Part shown: positions 38,158 through 53,116 of the stretch, piece by piece
How positions within the stretch are numbered: position 1 is the first letter of the stretch
Layout: the number at the start of each line of letters is the position of its first letter
Source of the DNA: the human T2T-CHM13v2.0 reference genome, Homo sapiens
Length of the DNA: 64,000 nucleotides
Assembly (NCBI RefSeq): GCF_009914755.1
Contig: NC_060942.1
Reading direction: 5' to 3' (one strand)
Made by a program: the position numbers and the translations under genes
Notes under the pieces: model-generated
Told to the model about the DNA's origin: nothing
Databases searched by the model: none
What the model saw: only the letters and a program-made list of their open reading frames with translations

Positions 38158-38222
38158 TGAGTTTGTTTGACCTGAGAATTATGCTTGGTTAGTTTACCAA
38201 AGTTCTTGGGTCTCATGATAGC

Positions 38223-38516
<294 letters not shown>

Positions 38517-39129
38517 TTGGTCATCATACTTTAAAAACAGTATGAGTTCATGTCTAATTCTTCCTTTGAGCCAGAATTAATATTTTAAATTAAAAAAAAT
38601 AAAGTAATAATGAAGATAAAACTTAAGCATTATGTTTTCTTAGGATACTCAATCTTCTAAATAACTTGTGCTAATTATTTAGAAATGTTTATATTTTATG
38701 TTAAAAGTGATTGTTAAGAGTCAAATTGCTTGTCTATTTTTTGGCTCATTGCATTCTCTTTCAGAGGATCAGTAACTTAATAAGTATAGAATATGCAAAA
38801 CCATTTGTAAATCACTTATTTTAAAATTGCTTATAATTTTTGGTTTGGAGAATCAGATCACCAAACCATTTTGGCCATTTAGATCACCAAAAAACCAACA
38901 CAGCTATTTCCACCCTAACTTCATAGTAAGAAAACTGTCCCTTTTAGATTAAATGTTAGTAAAGTCATCCCACAGAAGGATATCATGGTACTGGTGTTTC
39001 TCTTTTATTATTTCAAAAGGTTTAATTGTAGACTCTACCTGAATATGTTTTCTCATATCAACCGTAGAGGAATTCCCTTGAAACTATGGTGTTTGGAATT
39101 GGTATTCTTTGCCATATTCATCTGCGTAT

Positions 39130-39900
<771 letters not shown>

Positions 39901-40720
39901 TATCTCTTGAGTATCACACATGTAGGCATGTGAATGATGTGTTCATGGGCATGAGGTGTATACAGACTATTAAGCTGATCATTCAAAGTGTGTTGGGGCA
40001 GTTTAGCATCAGAAAGAAAGACTCTTTGCAGTGGATTTAGACATGTAACTTTTAGAAATTATGAGTTCAAAATGACGCAAAAATCCCTTATTGGTCATCA
40101 TTGCTGGTTGGTAGGGCACCTGCTTGTGACTGTGAAAATTTATGTATTTATATAGAAAAGACATGTGTATGAACTATCTTCCAGGTTTCCAAATAGTTAC
40201 AGAAAGTTCTTCTTTGTAAAAGTTATTCTTTGTAGAAAGTTCTTATATTGGTTAAATAATATGGTGTCTGGGATATACTCTAAAATACTCCAGGAAAATA
40301 AAGTGGCAGAGGATATCAAAATAAGACTTGGCAAAATGTTTTCATTACTAAAGCTTGAAATAGGAAATTCACTGTATTATTCCCTCTGCTTTTATATAGG
40401 TTTGCCATAATTTTTTAAAGAAGTATTTTATGAACAGTGGGATTATTTTTTAGAGAGACCAGAACCCACTTCCCACTAAGGAAATTCCTCAAGGTGCAGT
40501 TCTAGGCTAAGATGTAAGGTACATGTTTTTGTGCCACAGTCTCAGCACTAAATTTGCCCTAGACCTTCCAGTTACTACAGCGCTACTGTGGACATTGATT
40601 TGGAACTTGTTAATTAAGATTTTGTAGCAATTCAGAGGGAGTTTATGTTTTAGTTTATAATATTGTTAGTAGTATAATGATCATCGGTCATATGTGTATA
40701 TATCAAATGGTATAGATTTA

Positions 40721-41019
40721 CAGTGTTGTACTATACGTGAGTCACATATATAATTTTAAATTCTCTAGAAGCCATATTAAAAAGGAAAAAAGGAACAGTG
40801 AGATTAATTTTAATAATAGATATTATTGAACCCAATATCCAAAATATTTCTACATGTAAACAACGTTAAAAATGATTAATGAGCTATTTTACATTCTTTT
40901 TTTTTAAATACAAAGTCTTCACAATTCAGAAGACAGCAAATCTCAATTAGGACTAGCTACGTTGCAAGTACTCTGGAGCCACACACATGGCTGGTGGCTA
41001 CCGTTTTGGACTGCACAGG
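40721..41019. mobile_element. MER33-like hAT MITE
   Basis: ...aattttaaattctctagaagccatattaa...catggctggtggctaccgttttggac. Confidence 0.7.
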
Positions 41020-44000
41020 TATAGAAAGAGCTGATGATCGTAAAATCTTGTATCCTATGCATCCTTACCCCTATTCCATCCTTCAGAGGCAACCTTTGTT
41101 TTAACTGTTAATTTTTAGTTACTCTATTGTTGCCTCCACTTTTAAAAGTTACATTATTATGACTATGTAAATATTGTTCAGGCAAATATTGTACTAAGCA
41201 AACTTGTGTGCTAGAATTACACTTCCTTCTCTATATGGGTCTAATGTCATGACTCTTACTTAGGCCACCAGTTAGTGCTCCAAACATCAGGCTCAAATAA
41301 ATCTTCCTTACTCTGTTATTCTTAAAATCACGTGAAGTGTTATTCCAATTGTTACTAAGACTCTTTCTTGTTAATTTTTCTGGAGTTTTTAATTGCCACC
41401 TTTTTTTTTCTTTCCCTATGTATCTTAATCACATCTTCTTCCTCCTGTACCAGTGACTAGTAACTGTGCAGGCCTCCTGTAAATCTGCCATCCTGGGTCT
41501 TCCTTAGTTACTCTCTTGGATTATATCCATTATTTATTGGATTCCATGTCTTTCTCTCTCTTATAAATTCCTTAGAAAAAATGTGTAGAAAGATAACTTG
41601 GAGCCCTTCTATGTCCGAAAAATGTCTTCATTTTGCGTTCACGTTTGATTGAGGTTTTCTGGAGATAACAGGATAGAAACAAGGCTAGAATATACTAGAG
41701 GTGAAGGGATTGGGAAATAGTCTAGAAATAATAGGAGACAGTCTGCCTGATTTAGCCCCAGAAACACTTTGGATTCAGAGTCAGTTAGAACAAAAGAGTG
41801 AGAAGTCCAGCAACTCTCCCTGTTTGGGAGTCCTGTCTCCCAAACAGGGAGAGTGGCAAATAAAAAGGACGGAACAGAATGGAAAAGGAAAGGAAGCCAC
41901 AGCCTAGAATGTACCAGATTTTCAACCCAAACTTTGAAAGCTTTGTTTCCTTGTCAACAGGCATGAAAAGATGCCACTACAAAGTTAGATAACAATGGAA
42001 ATGAATTAAATGTTGGTATATTGGCTTTTGGTAGTTGCTGGCACACTAGGACCTAATGCTGGCCTCTGGGAACTAAAAGGCTGATAACTGGCTCTGCACC
42101 TGCACATTTATCTATTTTGATTTTAATTCAACAATTTTTACTTTATTTATTTTGTAGAGATGGGGTCTTGCTGTGTTGACCAGGCTGGTCTCAAGCTCCT
42201 GGGCTTAAGCTACTCTCCTGCCGCGGCCTCCCAAAGTACTGAGATTACAGGCCTGAGTCACCATGCTCGGCCCAACATCCACATGTTTAAAGCAAAACCT
42301 GTGGACCCATGACGTTGATTTGCCCTATCCCAGTTATAGTTACCATCAAGTCCCACTCGGAGAAGAGACTTGTTGGTAAAACAGTTCTATTTTTATAATA
42401 GTAGAAGAAATTCCAGCTAGCAATGTAATCCTCTTTCTTAAATGTAATTGTACAACTAACAGTCATCACACATATGAGGGTAGCCAGCAACGTGAGAGAC
42501 AAAATTCAAGATTAAGTTCCAAAATCAACATGGAGGACAATTTAGTAAAGAGACTAGACCTCTTTTATAAAATTATAATTACTATGTAGCAGAAAGGAGC
42601 CAGGACAAGAATGAATAAACAGATTACAAATATTGTTGCTGAAATAAAAATGTTCAATAGGAGGATTAAAGTCCAAAAAGAAAACTTCCCCAATACAAAA
42701 AGAGATAGAAGACATAGAGAACCAATTCAGACTATTAGGAATCTAGAAAGAAGAAAATGGAGAAGGAAATGCTATCATGTGGAAGAGGATTTCCTAGGGA
42801 TGAATAAAATTCATTGAATGCCCAGCAACAGTGACTGACAAAATACTCACTAAGATACTTCATAGTAATACTGTATCATATCAAGGAGAGGGAGAAAGAG
42901 TGTCAGTGATTTTAGAGAAGCCAAAGAACCATATTTTCAGTGCAGCCTTTAGTACATGGGGAGACACACACACAAAGCTATCATTTGTTTAGCTTTGTGA
43001 TGGCGGTATTAGAAGTTTAGGTGGAAAATTTGGTGTATTCTGGACTGCGACTTTCTCCTCTTTGCATCCTGATTATATTCATGAAATTTGTTAAAATCAC
43101 TATGAGGGATTTTCTCATCCTCAGTCTTTTCCTATTCTCTATAAATCTTTAATAAATCTCACACTCTCAAGAGGTCAGAGCATTTGAAATAAAAATCTTA
43201 ACAGTATTGAATATTGGTATATTTCATCCATACAATCAGGAACAAATTTAATAGTAGGAAAGGAAATAGGTACATTATATGTGTTTCTGTATATTTATGT
43301 TTATGTTTTTATTTACATATGTATACTGAATATATATTTGTTACTGCTTATAGATCACATACTATGTTTCATCAACTTTAAGATTTCATTAACTATAAAA
43401 ATGTCATTTTATGAAACATTAAAGAAAAATATTGCAAATTAACTCATGACCTTATAAAGTACATCTGGATTTCAGAGATGTTAAGTGTGAAAAAATATCT
43501 TAGAATTCATTAGATATGCTTAGCAATATATGATACTATGCAGTAGATTCCATTGTTTTCTTGAATAGAGGCTTCAGTTTTCTAAATAATTTTCCACTTA
43601 TAAAGATTAAAAATTAGTTCTGTTAAAAATATGTATCATCTTCTATTTGGAGATAGTTCAGGGAACTATTAGAAAATATTTACATATACCTGAATTTTTA
43701 AAATCTGTAGCTATATATGTCAAGGTGCTCACTGTGTTCATCTCTACATGAATGAGATTATGAATATTAAATGTTTTATTTTGCTTGTCTTTGTTACTTT
43801 TCTGTAATAAGCATTATAATTCCTGTTCTTAAAATAATAAGTTCATTTAAGGAAAAGGGGGTGAAAGGAAAAATCTGCAGAATTTAGGTCTGAGATAATA
43901 CCATTTCAAAGCACTGTGATACAAATTACTTATATATGTTATATACTGTGTGTGTGTTAACTACTTTTATTTGGGGGCTTGTTTTGCATACATGTGAAGG

Positions 44001-44162
44001 AAATGATTATATATAAGGATTTAATTAAATCTGTTTATACCAAGAATTATATTTAAAAGAATATGGTTTCATTGGATATTTAAGCATTCAGGTGTGATGA
44101 GGGAATTCAGGGAAAGGAAACCTTTGGTACATAAAACTTTTTTTTCTTTCCCCTTTGACCAG

Positions 44163-44187
44163 GATTATAACCAAAACAGATGTATGA
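44163..44187 (+). CDS. SMCHD1: SMCHD1 exon 48, coding part RIITKTDV*
   Basis: Long polypyrimidine tract then accag|G ATT ATA ACC AAA ACA GAT GTA TGA. Confidence 0.93.
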
Positions 44188-44815
44188 GAGGTGACAGAGA
44201 GAAGAGGCCATTGGTCTCAGTAAGAATGCCCTGCTTTCTGCATCTCTGTTTCAGAAGACCAAGAGGGTGACTTACCAGACTGAGTATTTCTGGGGACAAT
44301 ACAAGTACCTGGGCATGAATTTCCATTTCGATTCAGATGGGACTGGAAACAACCATTCAATTTTATGAATCTTACTGGACATTATGGATTTACTGGAATT
44401 ATTCCAGACATTATGCCCTTTGGTTGTCACTACCTTGCAAATGTGTAAGAGGAAAATGTGCTAATGTGGCAGTGACTGTAAAACTGGCACATGGCATTTA
44501 TTAATCCTGAAGAAAAGTACATGTACTATTTTTCAGTATAAATATAATGAACATGTCAGAACTATTTCTTGAAAACCTTTTTATTACTTTTGCGTGAATT
44601 TATTTAACAAAGATGTTTTGTCTTTTGTGTAAGGGAGGTTCTAGAGGCTAGATGTTTAATTGTAAATATGTGAGGAAACTCAATGCAGAATTCAGGATAA
44701 AAATTTTAAAAGCACAGGTATTTGGGAATTGAAATGTTAAGATACCCAGAACAACATTAAATCAATGAGTGAACTTGTGACAGTGGTAGCATTTCAAATT
44801 TCAAAAGACTTATCC

Positions 44816-44855
<40 letters not shown>

Positions 44856-44869
44856 AATATATATATATA
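44816..44869 (+). repeat. Compound (TG)10(TA)10 microsatellite in the 3' UTR
   Basis: Read directly from the sequence. Confidence 0.95.
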
Positions 44870-45220
44870 AAATATTCAGCAGCACCAAGTTTTATAACTA
44901 TTGTTTGTTTGACTTTATTAATACTAGAATATGTAGTCTCAGCCTTAATTTTACATTTACATTATTTTGTAATTTTTTATTACTATTTTTAAGGGGTTAA
45001 AGAGAACATACATTCTCACATTAGTGTACTTTCTGGTAGAAAGTTGCTGCAAAAACATTTGAAATGTATATTAACCTAATGTATGTCATATATATGTCTT
45101 TGTGTAAGTTCAAGACTATTGATCTGTGAAGTTATTTTGTAAGGACATACATTTGGTAAGTAAGTTTGTGTCCCAGGAAATGTATGTGTTTTTAAACCCT
45201 TTCTAAATATGCAGGCCATT

Positions 45221-45226
45221 AATAAA
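45221..45226 (+). terminator. Candidate proximal poly(A) signal
   Basis: AATAAA with upstream TGTA motifs and a downstream GT/T-rich tract (gtgtttttctttt). Confidence 0.55.
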
Positions 45227-45429
45227 TAAGATTGTTTCTTCCCTACTGAATAGATAAGTGTTTTTCTTTTTTAAAATTGGAAGCTTCATAAAAGTTATCT
45301 TGTTAAAAAACGATGATGATGTTAACCTATCTTTATAATTGGAAATTATTTAAACTGTTTGTTGTTACAGAAGAAACAAAATGGTAATTACAGAATTAGC
45401 TGTGGGGAAGATTGGCTCCCATGGTACTA

Positions 45430-45686
45430 CAGGTTGAGTATCCCTTATTCAAAATGGTTGGGACCTGAAGTGTTTTGGATTTTGGTTTTTTGTGGGGTTT
45501 TTAAATTATTATTTTGGAATATTTGCATTATATTTACCAATTTAGCATCCCTAATCCAAAAATCTTTCATTAGAAATTGGAAATGCTTCAATGAGCATTT
45601 CCCTTATGTGTCATATCTGCGCTCAAATGTTTTGAATTTTGGAACATTTCTTGTTTCTGACTTTTAGATTAGGGATACTCACCCCG
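45430..45686. mobile_element. Tigger4-like MITE in the SMCHD1 3' UTR
   Basis: TIRs CAGGTTGAGTATCCCT / AGGGATACTCACCCCG (14/16), TA on both flanks. Confidence 0.8.
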
Positions 45687-45937
45687 TACCAATATTTGGA
45701 GTCCTTAGACATTAGATTATATGAAAATGATTGATTGATAGGTAAGAAAGGTTAAAGAGAAATGACTTTTTAGGAACTAGACTTGAACGTATAATTAATA
45801 TGTGGAACTAGTTTGCTTTTATAATTCATTGTATCAAGAAGGAGTCATGTTTTAAATCCAAGGCATTGAGACTATCTAGAAGCAAAAAAGTTGGTTTTAA
45901 AAATTCTTTTTATTAGAAGTGTGTTTAAAAACATGTC

Positions 45938-46060
45938 TTTTTTTCCCTTGAGCGACAGTGGCCTCACTACATTGCCCAGGCTAGTCTTGAACTCCTGGGT
46001 TCAAGCAGTCTTCCTGCCTTGGCCTCCTAAGTAGCAGGGATTACAGGCATGCACCCACAT
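45938..46060 (-). mobile_element. FLAM-like Alu monomer in the 3' UTR
   Basis: ttgcccaggctagtcttgaactcctggg...ggattacaggcatg. Confidence 0.8.
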
Positions 46061-46371
46061 GCCAATTTTTATTGCTTAAAATGGCGAGTTCTATGGATAT
46101 TATCTAGCCCCAAGCCCATATCTGTACACTTTTGTTCATTTTATAATACCAGAAAGAATGTTCTATCAGTAAAAGAAGGTTTTAAGTATGAATCTCCATT
46201 TTTGTGGAGTTTTTCTACCCTGTAAAAATTAACTTTGTGGTTCCCAGTAATTACAGTAAGGAGTTTTTCTATATTTTCACAGTTGGATTTATCTAAGGAT
46301 ATTTCTCAGCATATTAAGGAATCCTTTTCTACATTTGAGCAAATACTGAGGTTCATGTTGTACCAAATAAT

Positions 46372-46377
46372 AATAAA
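46372..46377 (+). terminator. Candidate poly(A) signal
   Basis: AATAAA preceded by TGTA. Confidence 0.45.
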
Positions 46378-46616
46378 TTGCTTTTGTGTTTAATATGTAA
46401 CACGTAAGAACAATTGAAATTTTCTTCTAAGATTTAATACTAGTCTTTTAGTATAAAGGAATGTAACTGGAGAAAAAAATTAATGCTACAGCCATTTATC
46501 CTGTGTTATGTGTTATATAATCTGAAATTTGTCACAATGTTACAATCAGGAAGTTTTTTTTCTGGTTTCTTCTTCCAAAGGAAAATAATAGCCTACTTGT
46601 ATTTTGAAGTAACTGA

Positions 46617-46622
46617 AATAAA
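46617..46622 (+). terminator. Candidate distal poly(A) signal
   Basis: AATAAA with upstream TGTA and downstream ttttcatgtgt. Confidence 0.65.
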
Positions 46623-48294
46623 ACTCTCTCCAAGCCTTTTTGCACATTACGTTCATCAGTTTTCATGTGTACATTTGGCCAGGCCTATGGTAAAAATAGG
46701 CTCAATTTACTTAACATTTTTATAGGGTTTTTGGTATAAGATTCTTTACAGAGACTAAAATTTGTTGCATATATAACATTCAGATTATTTTAAGTGAAAT
46801 TGGCTCCTATTGTTAAATATTAGTGCTAAGGAAAGTTCAGTCTTCTAAACTGTCTATACTTTGGCTCTGTGACTTGATTACTTTATAGTCATTATGAAAT
46901 TGATGGGGTTAATTCCATTGTATTTTTAGTATAGAATTTTCAAATAATACATTTTAGTAAAAAAATTGAATGTTTAATTTTCATACTGTGAAACTGGTGA
47001 AAAATATTAAAAACAACCATTTAAAACTTCTGGAAATGGTCCTGAGGACAAATGGCAATGAAGAAACATCTATTCAAGAACATTTACAAAAATTCAGTAA
47101 GGAAGATGAGAATCTGTGGTAGTTTGAACCAAGACTGACTACTCACTTCCACCTCCAAGCTCAGCAAGCAGACTAACGCAGCCAAAAACGCTGGGTTCCT
47201 TATCCCACCATCTCCCAGCCAGAAATTTTTTTCCCGAAAGGAGCGAGACTGTAGTGATTCTTGTCCTGCCTTCAACTGCCTTTTGCTAGCACTAAGTCCT
47301 GGGTCAGTGTGGCCAGGTGAGAGCCGTCTTCTCCCCACCAGGCCACAAAACCTTGAACACATGTGCTGAGATTGCTGGGGCCTTGATAACTCTCTGGCTC
47401 GTGAAGTAGGATTCTACCCCAGGAAAAGCAAGCCAAGAGGATCTCAGGCTACTGCCCCCTTCCATTGCACTCAGCTTCTAGAGCTAGAATGCCAACTCAA
47501 GCTTGCCATTGTCCCCACCTCTAGCTCCAGATCCCTGGCTCAGAGATTTTTGCCTGCAAATGAGGTAGGATGAAAACAAAACAGGTAGCTCTTAATCTCT
47601 TTCCAAAGGAACTGACTTTTAAAAAAGAGCATGAGAAGTTTAAACTAGAGAGCTCGAGACACACAGCAAAAGAAGTGCAACATAGAGTAATTTATTGTAA
47701 AGGAGAAAGAATATTTTGAAAGTTAAGTGCAGGATAGACAGTACACCCTGAGACAAAGGATTCAGGGCAGGCTGCTTTTAAGGGTGAGACTGCAAAGACT
47801 ACACTAGTGTAAACAATAGAACAGTAAGCCAGCAATTAGTGGAGTTGAACAACAGGGTATATGGTCAAGAGGAAAAAGTGCGCGAGAGTACGCAGGATTT
47901 CTGGGGCATACCAAAAGCTGTGCCTCCCTGAGGAAGAACTTGAGAAACAACGCTGTTGGGATTAGGGAAGGATAGACTTCACTAAAATAATCCATCCAGG
48001 CACTAAGCTTAAGCAAATAATAATAACCAAACCAGAGGGAGGTGAACTAGTAGAGTAACTACAGTATGTTATTTAAAATGTCCAGTTTCCAACAAAAACG
48101 TATGAGGCATGCAAAGAAACAGTGTGACTCATACACTGGAAATAAAGCAGGCAGCAAAAACTGCCTGTGAGAGTGATCAGATGTCAGATTTAACCAAAAA
48201 TTAAAGTACCCATTATAAATAAATATATTCACAGAACTAAACAAAAGATTAAAGAAGTAAACATTATGACAGTGTCTCATCAAATAAAGAATAT

Positions 48295-48540
48295 CTCCTA
48301 AGCAAACTAACAGGAACAGAAAACCAAATACCGCATGTTCTCACTTATAAGGGGGTGTTCAACATTGAGCACACATGGACATAAACATGGGAACAATAGA
48401 CACTGTGGACTGCTGGGGTGAGGAGGTGGGAGTGGGTTGAAAAACTACCTATTGGGTACTGTGCTCGCTACCTGGGTGCAATATACCCATGTAACAAACC
48501 CACACATGTGTACCCCGTATATCTAAAATAAAAGTTGAAA
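48295..48540 (+). mobile_element. L1P 3'-end fragment nested in the older L1
   Basis: aaaaccaaataccgcatgttctcacttataa...cccatgtaacaaacc. Confidence 0.75.
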
Positions 48541-49293
48541 TTATGTGTGTGTGTATATATAATTGAGATATATATATATAGAGAGAGAGAGAAATGTTTA
48601 AAGAACCATGTGGCAATTCTGGAGTTAGAAAGTGCAATAACTGAAATTTTAAAATTCACCAGGGGGCTTAACAGTAGGTTTGAACTGGCAGAAGAGAGAA
48701 TAGGTGAATTTGAAGACAGATTGTAGAGATTATGTAAAAACAGAGAGAAAAGGCAATGAAGAAAATAGAGCCTCAGAGAAATGTGGAACACCATTAAGTG
48801 CAGCAATGTGCACTTAATGACACAGAAGGTAGGAAAAATATTCAAATACATAATGGCTGAAAACTATTAGAATACAATAATCTATACATCCAGGAAGCTG
48901 AACAAATTTCAAGCAGGATGACCACAAAGAGACCAACAGATAGACACATCAAATTCTGAAAGTCAAAGACAAGGAAAAAATCTTGAAAGCAGCAGGAATA
49001 AAAGTATAATACACATCTCTTACAAAGACAGCCCCAATAAGATTAACAGCTTCTCAGCAAAAACAATAGAGACCATATGGCAGTGGGTTATCATTTCAAA
49101 GTGCTCTAAGGAAAAACAACTATCAATAATTCCATCCCCAGCAAAGCTATTGTCGAAATGAAGGAAAAATACTTTCCTAGATAAACACAATTCATTGCAA
49201 GATAAACAATTCATTGCAACTCCAAAGTTGCAAGCAGGCCCACGTCAGAAGAAACACTAAAGGAAATTCTTCAGGTTGAAAATGAAATGACCA

Positions 49294-49643
<350 letters not shown>

Positions 49644-50274
49644 TTAAATCCACACAAAGGGCACCAGAAAAGGTAGTTATGTAATTGACACTATTAATGC
49701 ATATTTGTTCTTTTTTTCTTAGTTGATTTGAAATGCAGTTGTATAAAATAATATGTATAAAATATATTGTTGGGCCTATAATATATAAAATGTAATCTGT
49801 GCATAATATTTTTGCCAATAACATCACTCAAGTGGGTGGGAGCAAAGCTATAATAGGCTATGTATATGAAGACATGGTTAAGTAAAATGTATTGCTGGGT
49901 TTGTAGCATTAATTTGTGTGTATATAACATACCACAAAAAGAGGCAAAAGTAAAGAAAGCTATATAAAAGAAACATTTCTATATATTATTGGAATGAAGC
50001 TAGTGTAGTAGTCCATTTTCACACTGCTGATAAAGACATACCCAAGACTGGGCAATTTACAGAAGAAAGGTTTAATTGGACTTACAGTTCCACATGGCTG
50101 GGGATGCCTCACAATCATGGCAGAAGACAAGGAGGAGCAAGTCCCATCTTACACCGATGGCAGCAGGCAAAGAGAGAATGAGGAAGACACAAGAGTGAAA
50201 ACCCCTGATAAAACCATCAGATCTCATGAGACTTATTCACTACCACGAGAACAGTATGGGGGAAACTATGCCCA

Positions 50275-50285
50275 TGATTCAATTA
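50275..50285 (-). promoter_or_regulatory. DUX4-type motif TAATTGAATCA in the THE1 LTR
   Basis: + strand TGATTCAATTA; motif match only, binding not shown. Confidence 0.55.
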
Positions 50286-50643
50286 TCTCCCACCAGGTCC
50301 CTCCCACAACATGTGGGAATTATGGGAGTACAATTCAAGATGAGATATGGGTGGGGTCACAAAGTCAAACCATATCATTCCACCCCTGGCTCCTGCCAAG
50401 TCTCATGTCCTCACATTTCAAAACCAATTATGCCTTCCCAACAGTCCCCCAAAGTCGTAATTCATTTAAGCATTAACTCAAAGTCCACAGTCCAAAGTCT
50501 CATCTGAGACAAGTCAAGTCCCTTCCACCTATGAGCCTGTAAAATCAAAAGCAAGCTAGTTATTTCCTAAATACAATGGGGATACAGACATTGGGTAAAT
50601 ACAACCATTCCAAATGGGAAAAAAAAGCTAAAACAAAAGGGCT

Positions 50644-50959
<316 letters not shown>

Positions 50960-52752
50960 TTATAGGGTGCATGCAAGTCTGAAATCCAGCAAGGCAGTCA
51001 AATCTTAAAGCTCCAAAATGATCTTCTTTGACTCCATGTCTCACATGCAGGTCACACTGATACAAAAGGTGGGTTCCCATGGTCTTGGGTAGCTCTGCCC
51101 TTGTGGCTTTGCAGGGTACAGCCTCCCTCCCAGCTGCTTTCACAGGCTGACATTGACTATCTGTAGCTTTTCCAGGAGCATGGTACAAGCTGTCAGTGGA
51201 TCTACCATTCTGGGGTCTGAAGGATGCTAGCCCTCTTCTCACAGGTCCACTAGGCAGGGCCCCAGTAGGGACTCTGTGCAGGGGCTCCAACCCCACATTT
51301 CCATTCTGCACTGCCCTAGCAGAGGTTCTGCATGAGAGCCCTGCCCCTGCAGCAAACTTTTGCCTGGGTATCCAGGCGTTTCCGTACATCTGAAATCTAG
51401 GCAGAGGTTCCCAAACCTCCATTCTTGACTTCTGTGCATGCACAAGTGCAACACCATGTAGAAATTGCCAAGGCTTGGGGCTTGTACCATCTGAAGCCAC
51501 AGCCCGAGCTCTATGTTGTTTCCATTCAGCCATGGCTGGAGTGACTGGGACACAGGGCACCAAGTCCCTAGGCTGCACACAGCTTGGGGACCCTTGGCCC
51601 GGCCCATGAAACCACTTTTTCCTCCTAGGCCTCCGGGCCTGTTATGGGATGGGCTGCCATGAAGACTTCTGACATGCCCTGGAGACATTTTCCCCATTGT
51701 CTTGGAGATTAACATTGGGATCCTCATTACTTATGCAAATTTCTAGAGCCAGCTTGAATTTCTCCTCAGAAAATGGAATTTTCTTTTCTATCACATTGTC
51801 AGGCTGCAAGTTTTTCAAACTTTTATGCTGTTTACCTTTTAAAACTGAATGCTTTTAACAGCATCAAAGTCACCTCTTGAATGCTTTGCTGCTTAGAAAT
51901 TTCTTCCGCCAGATACCCTACATCATCTCTCTCAAGTTCAAAATTCCACAAATCTCTAGGGCAGGGGCAAAATGCTGCCAGTCTCTTTGCTAAAACATAA
52001 CAAGAGTCATCTTTGCTCCAGTTCCCAATAAGTTCATCTCCATCTGAGACCATCTCAGCCTGGACCTAATTGTCCATACTGCTATCAGCATTTTGGGCAA
52101 AGCCATTCAACAAGTTTCTAGGAAGTTCCAAACTTTTCCACATTTTCCTGTGTCTTCTTCTGAGCCCTCCAAACTGTTCCAACCTCTGCCTGTTTGGAAC
52201 CCAGTTCCAAAGTCACTTCCACATCTTCGGGTATCTTTTCAGCAATGCCCCACTTCCAGTATCAATTTACCATATTAGTCTGTTTTCACACTGCTGATAA
52301 AGACATACCTGAGACTGGGCAATTTACAAAAGAAAGAGGTTTAATTGGACTTACAGTTCCATATGGCTGGGGAAGCCTCACAATCATAGCAGAAGGCAAG
52401 GAGGAGCAAGTCTCGTCTTACACAGATGGCAGCAGGCAAAGAGAGAACGAGGAAGATGCAAAAGCAGAAGCCCCTGATAAAACCATCAGATGTCATGAGA
52501 CTTATTCACTACCATGTGAACAGTATGGGGGAAAACACCCCCATGATTCACTTATCTCCCACCAGATCCCTCCCACAACACATGGGAATTATGGGAGTAC
52601 AATTCAAGATGAGATATGGGTGGGAACACAGAGACAAACCATATCAGCTAGTATAAATTGAAGCCGATTCTAAGTCAAGATGTATATGATAAACCCAAAA
52701 GTAGCCATTAAAAAAAATAGTGAAATGATTGTTGTAAAATTAATATACTACA

Positions 52753-53116
52753 TGCTATGGACTGAATTGTGTTTCCCTTCCAAGACATTTATATGTTGAA
52801 GCCCTAACCTCCAGTGTGACTGTATGTGGGGATAGAATCTTTAGGAGGGAATTAACGTTAAATGAAGTCACAATGCCAAGGCCCTAATTTGGTAGAACTA
52901 TGGCCTTATAAGAAGAAATGATTTCTCTTCCTGTCTCTCTTTGGACACAGTGATAAGGCACCTATCTTCAAGCCACAAAGAGAACCCTCACCAGAACCTA
53001 ACCATGCTGGCACCATGATTTCGGACTTCCTATCTCCAGAACTGTGAGAAAATAAATTTGTTGTTTAAGCCACCTAGTCTATGCTATTTTGTAATGGCAG
53101 CTGAGCTGACTAATAT
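52753..53116 (+). mobile_element. MLT1A-like solo LTR
   Basis: tgctatggactgaattgtgt ... agaactgtgagaaaataaatttgttgtttaagccacc ... gactaata. Confidence 0.8.

Larger units (their letters stand above)
44188..46650 (+). other. SMCHD1: SMCHD1 3' UTR (~2.4 kb)
   Basis: AT-rich sequence after the stop codon, with AATAAA at 45221, 46372 and 46617; end is approximate. Confidence 0.8.

Noticed and set aside
43140-44060. AT-rich stretch of intron 47 with AATAAA motifs as an alternative last exon
   Set aside because: AATAAA is frequent by chance at this AT content and I found no convincing acceptor or frame.
47650-47805. Possible ERV1 LTR fragment within the L1 5' region
   Set aside because: The resemblance is short and I could not assign a family with confidence.
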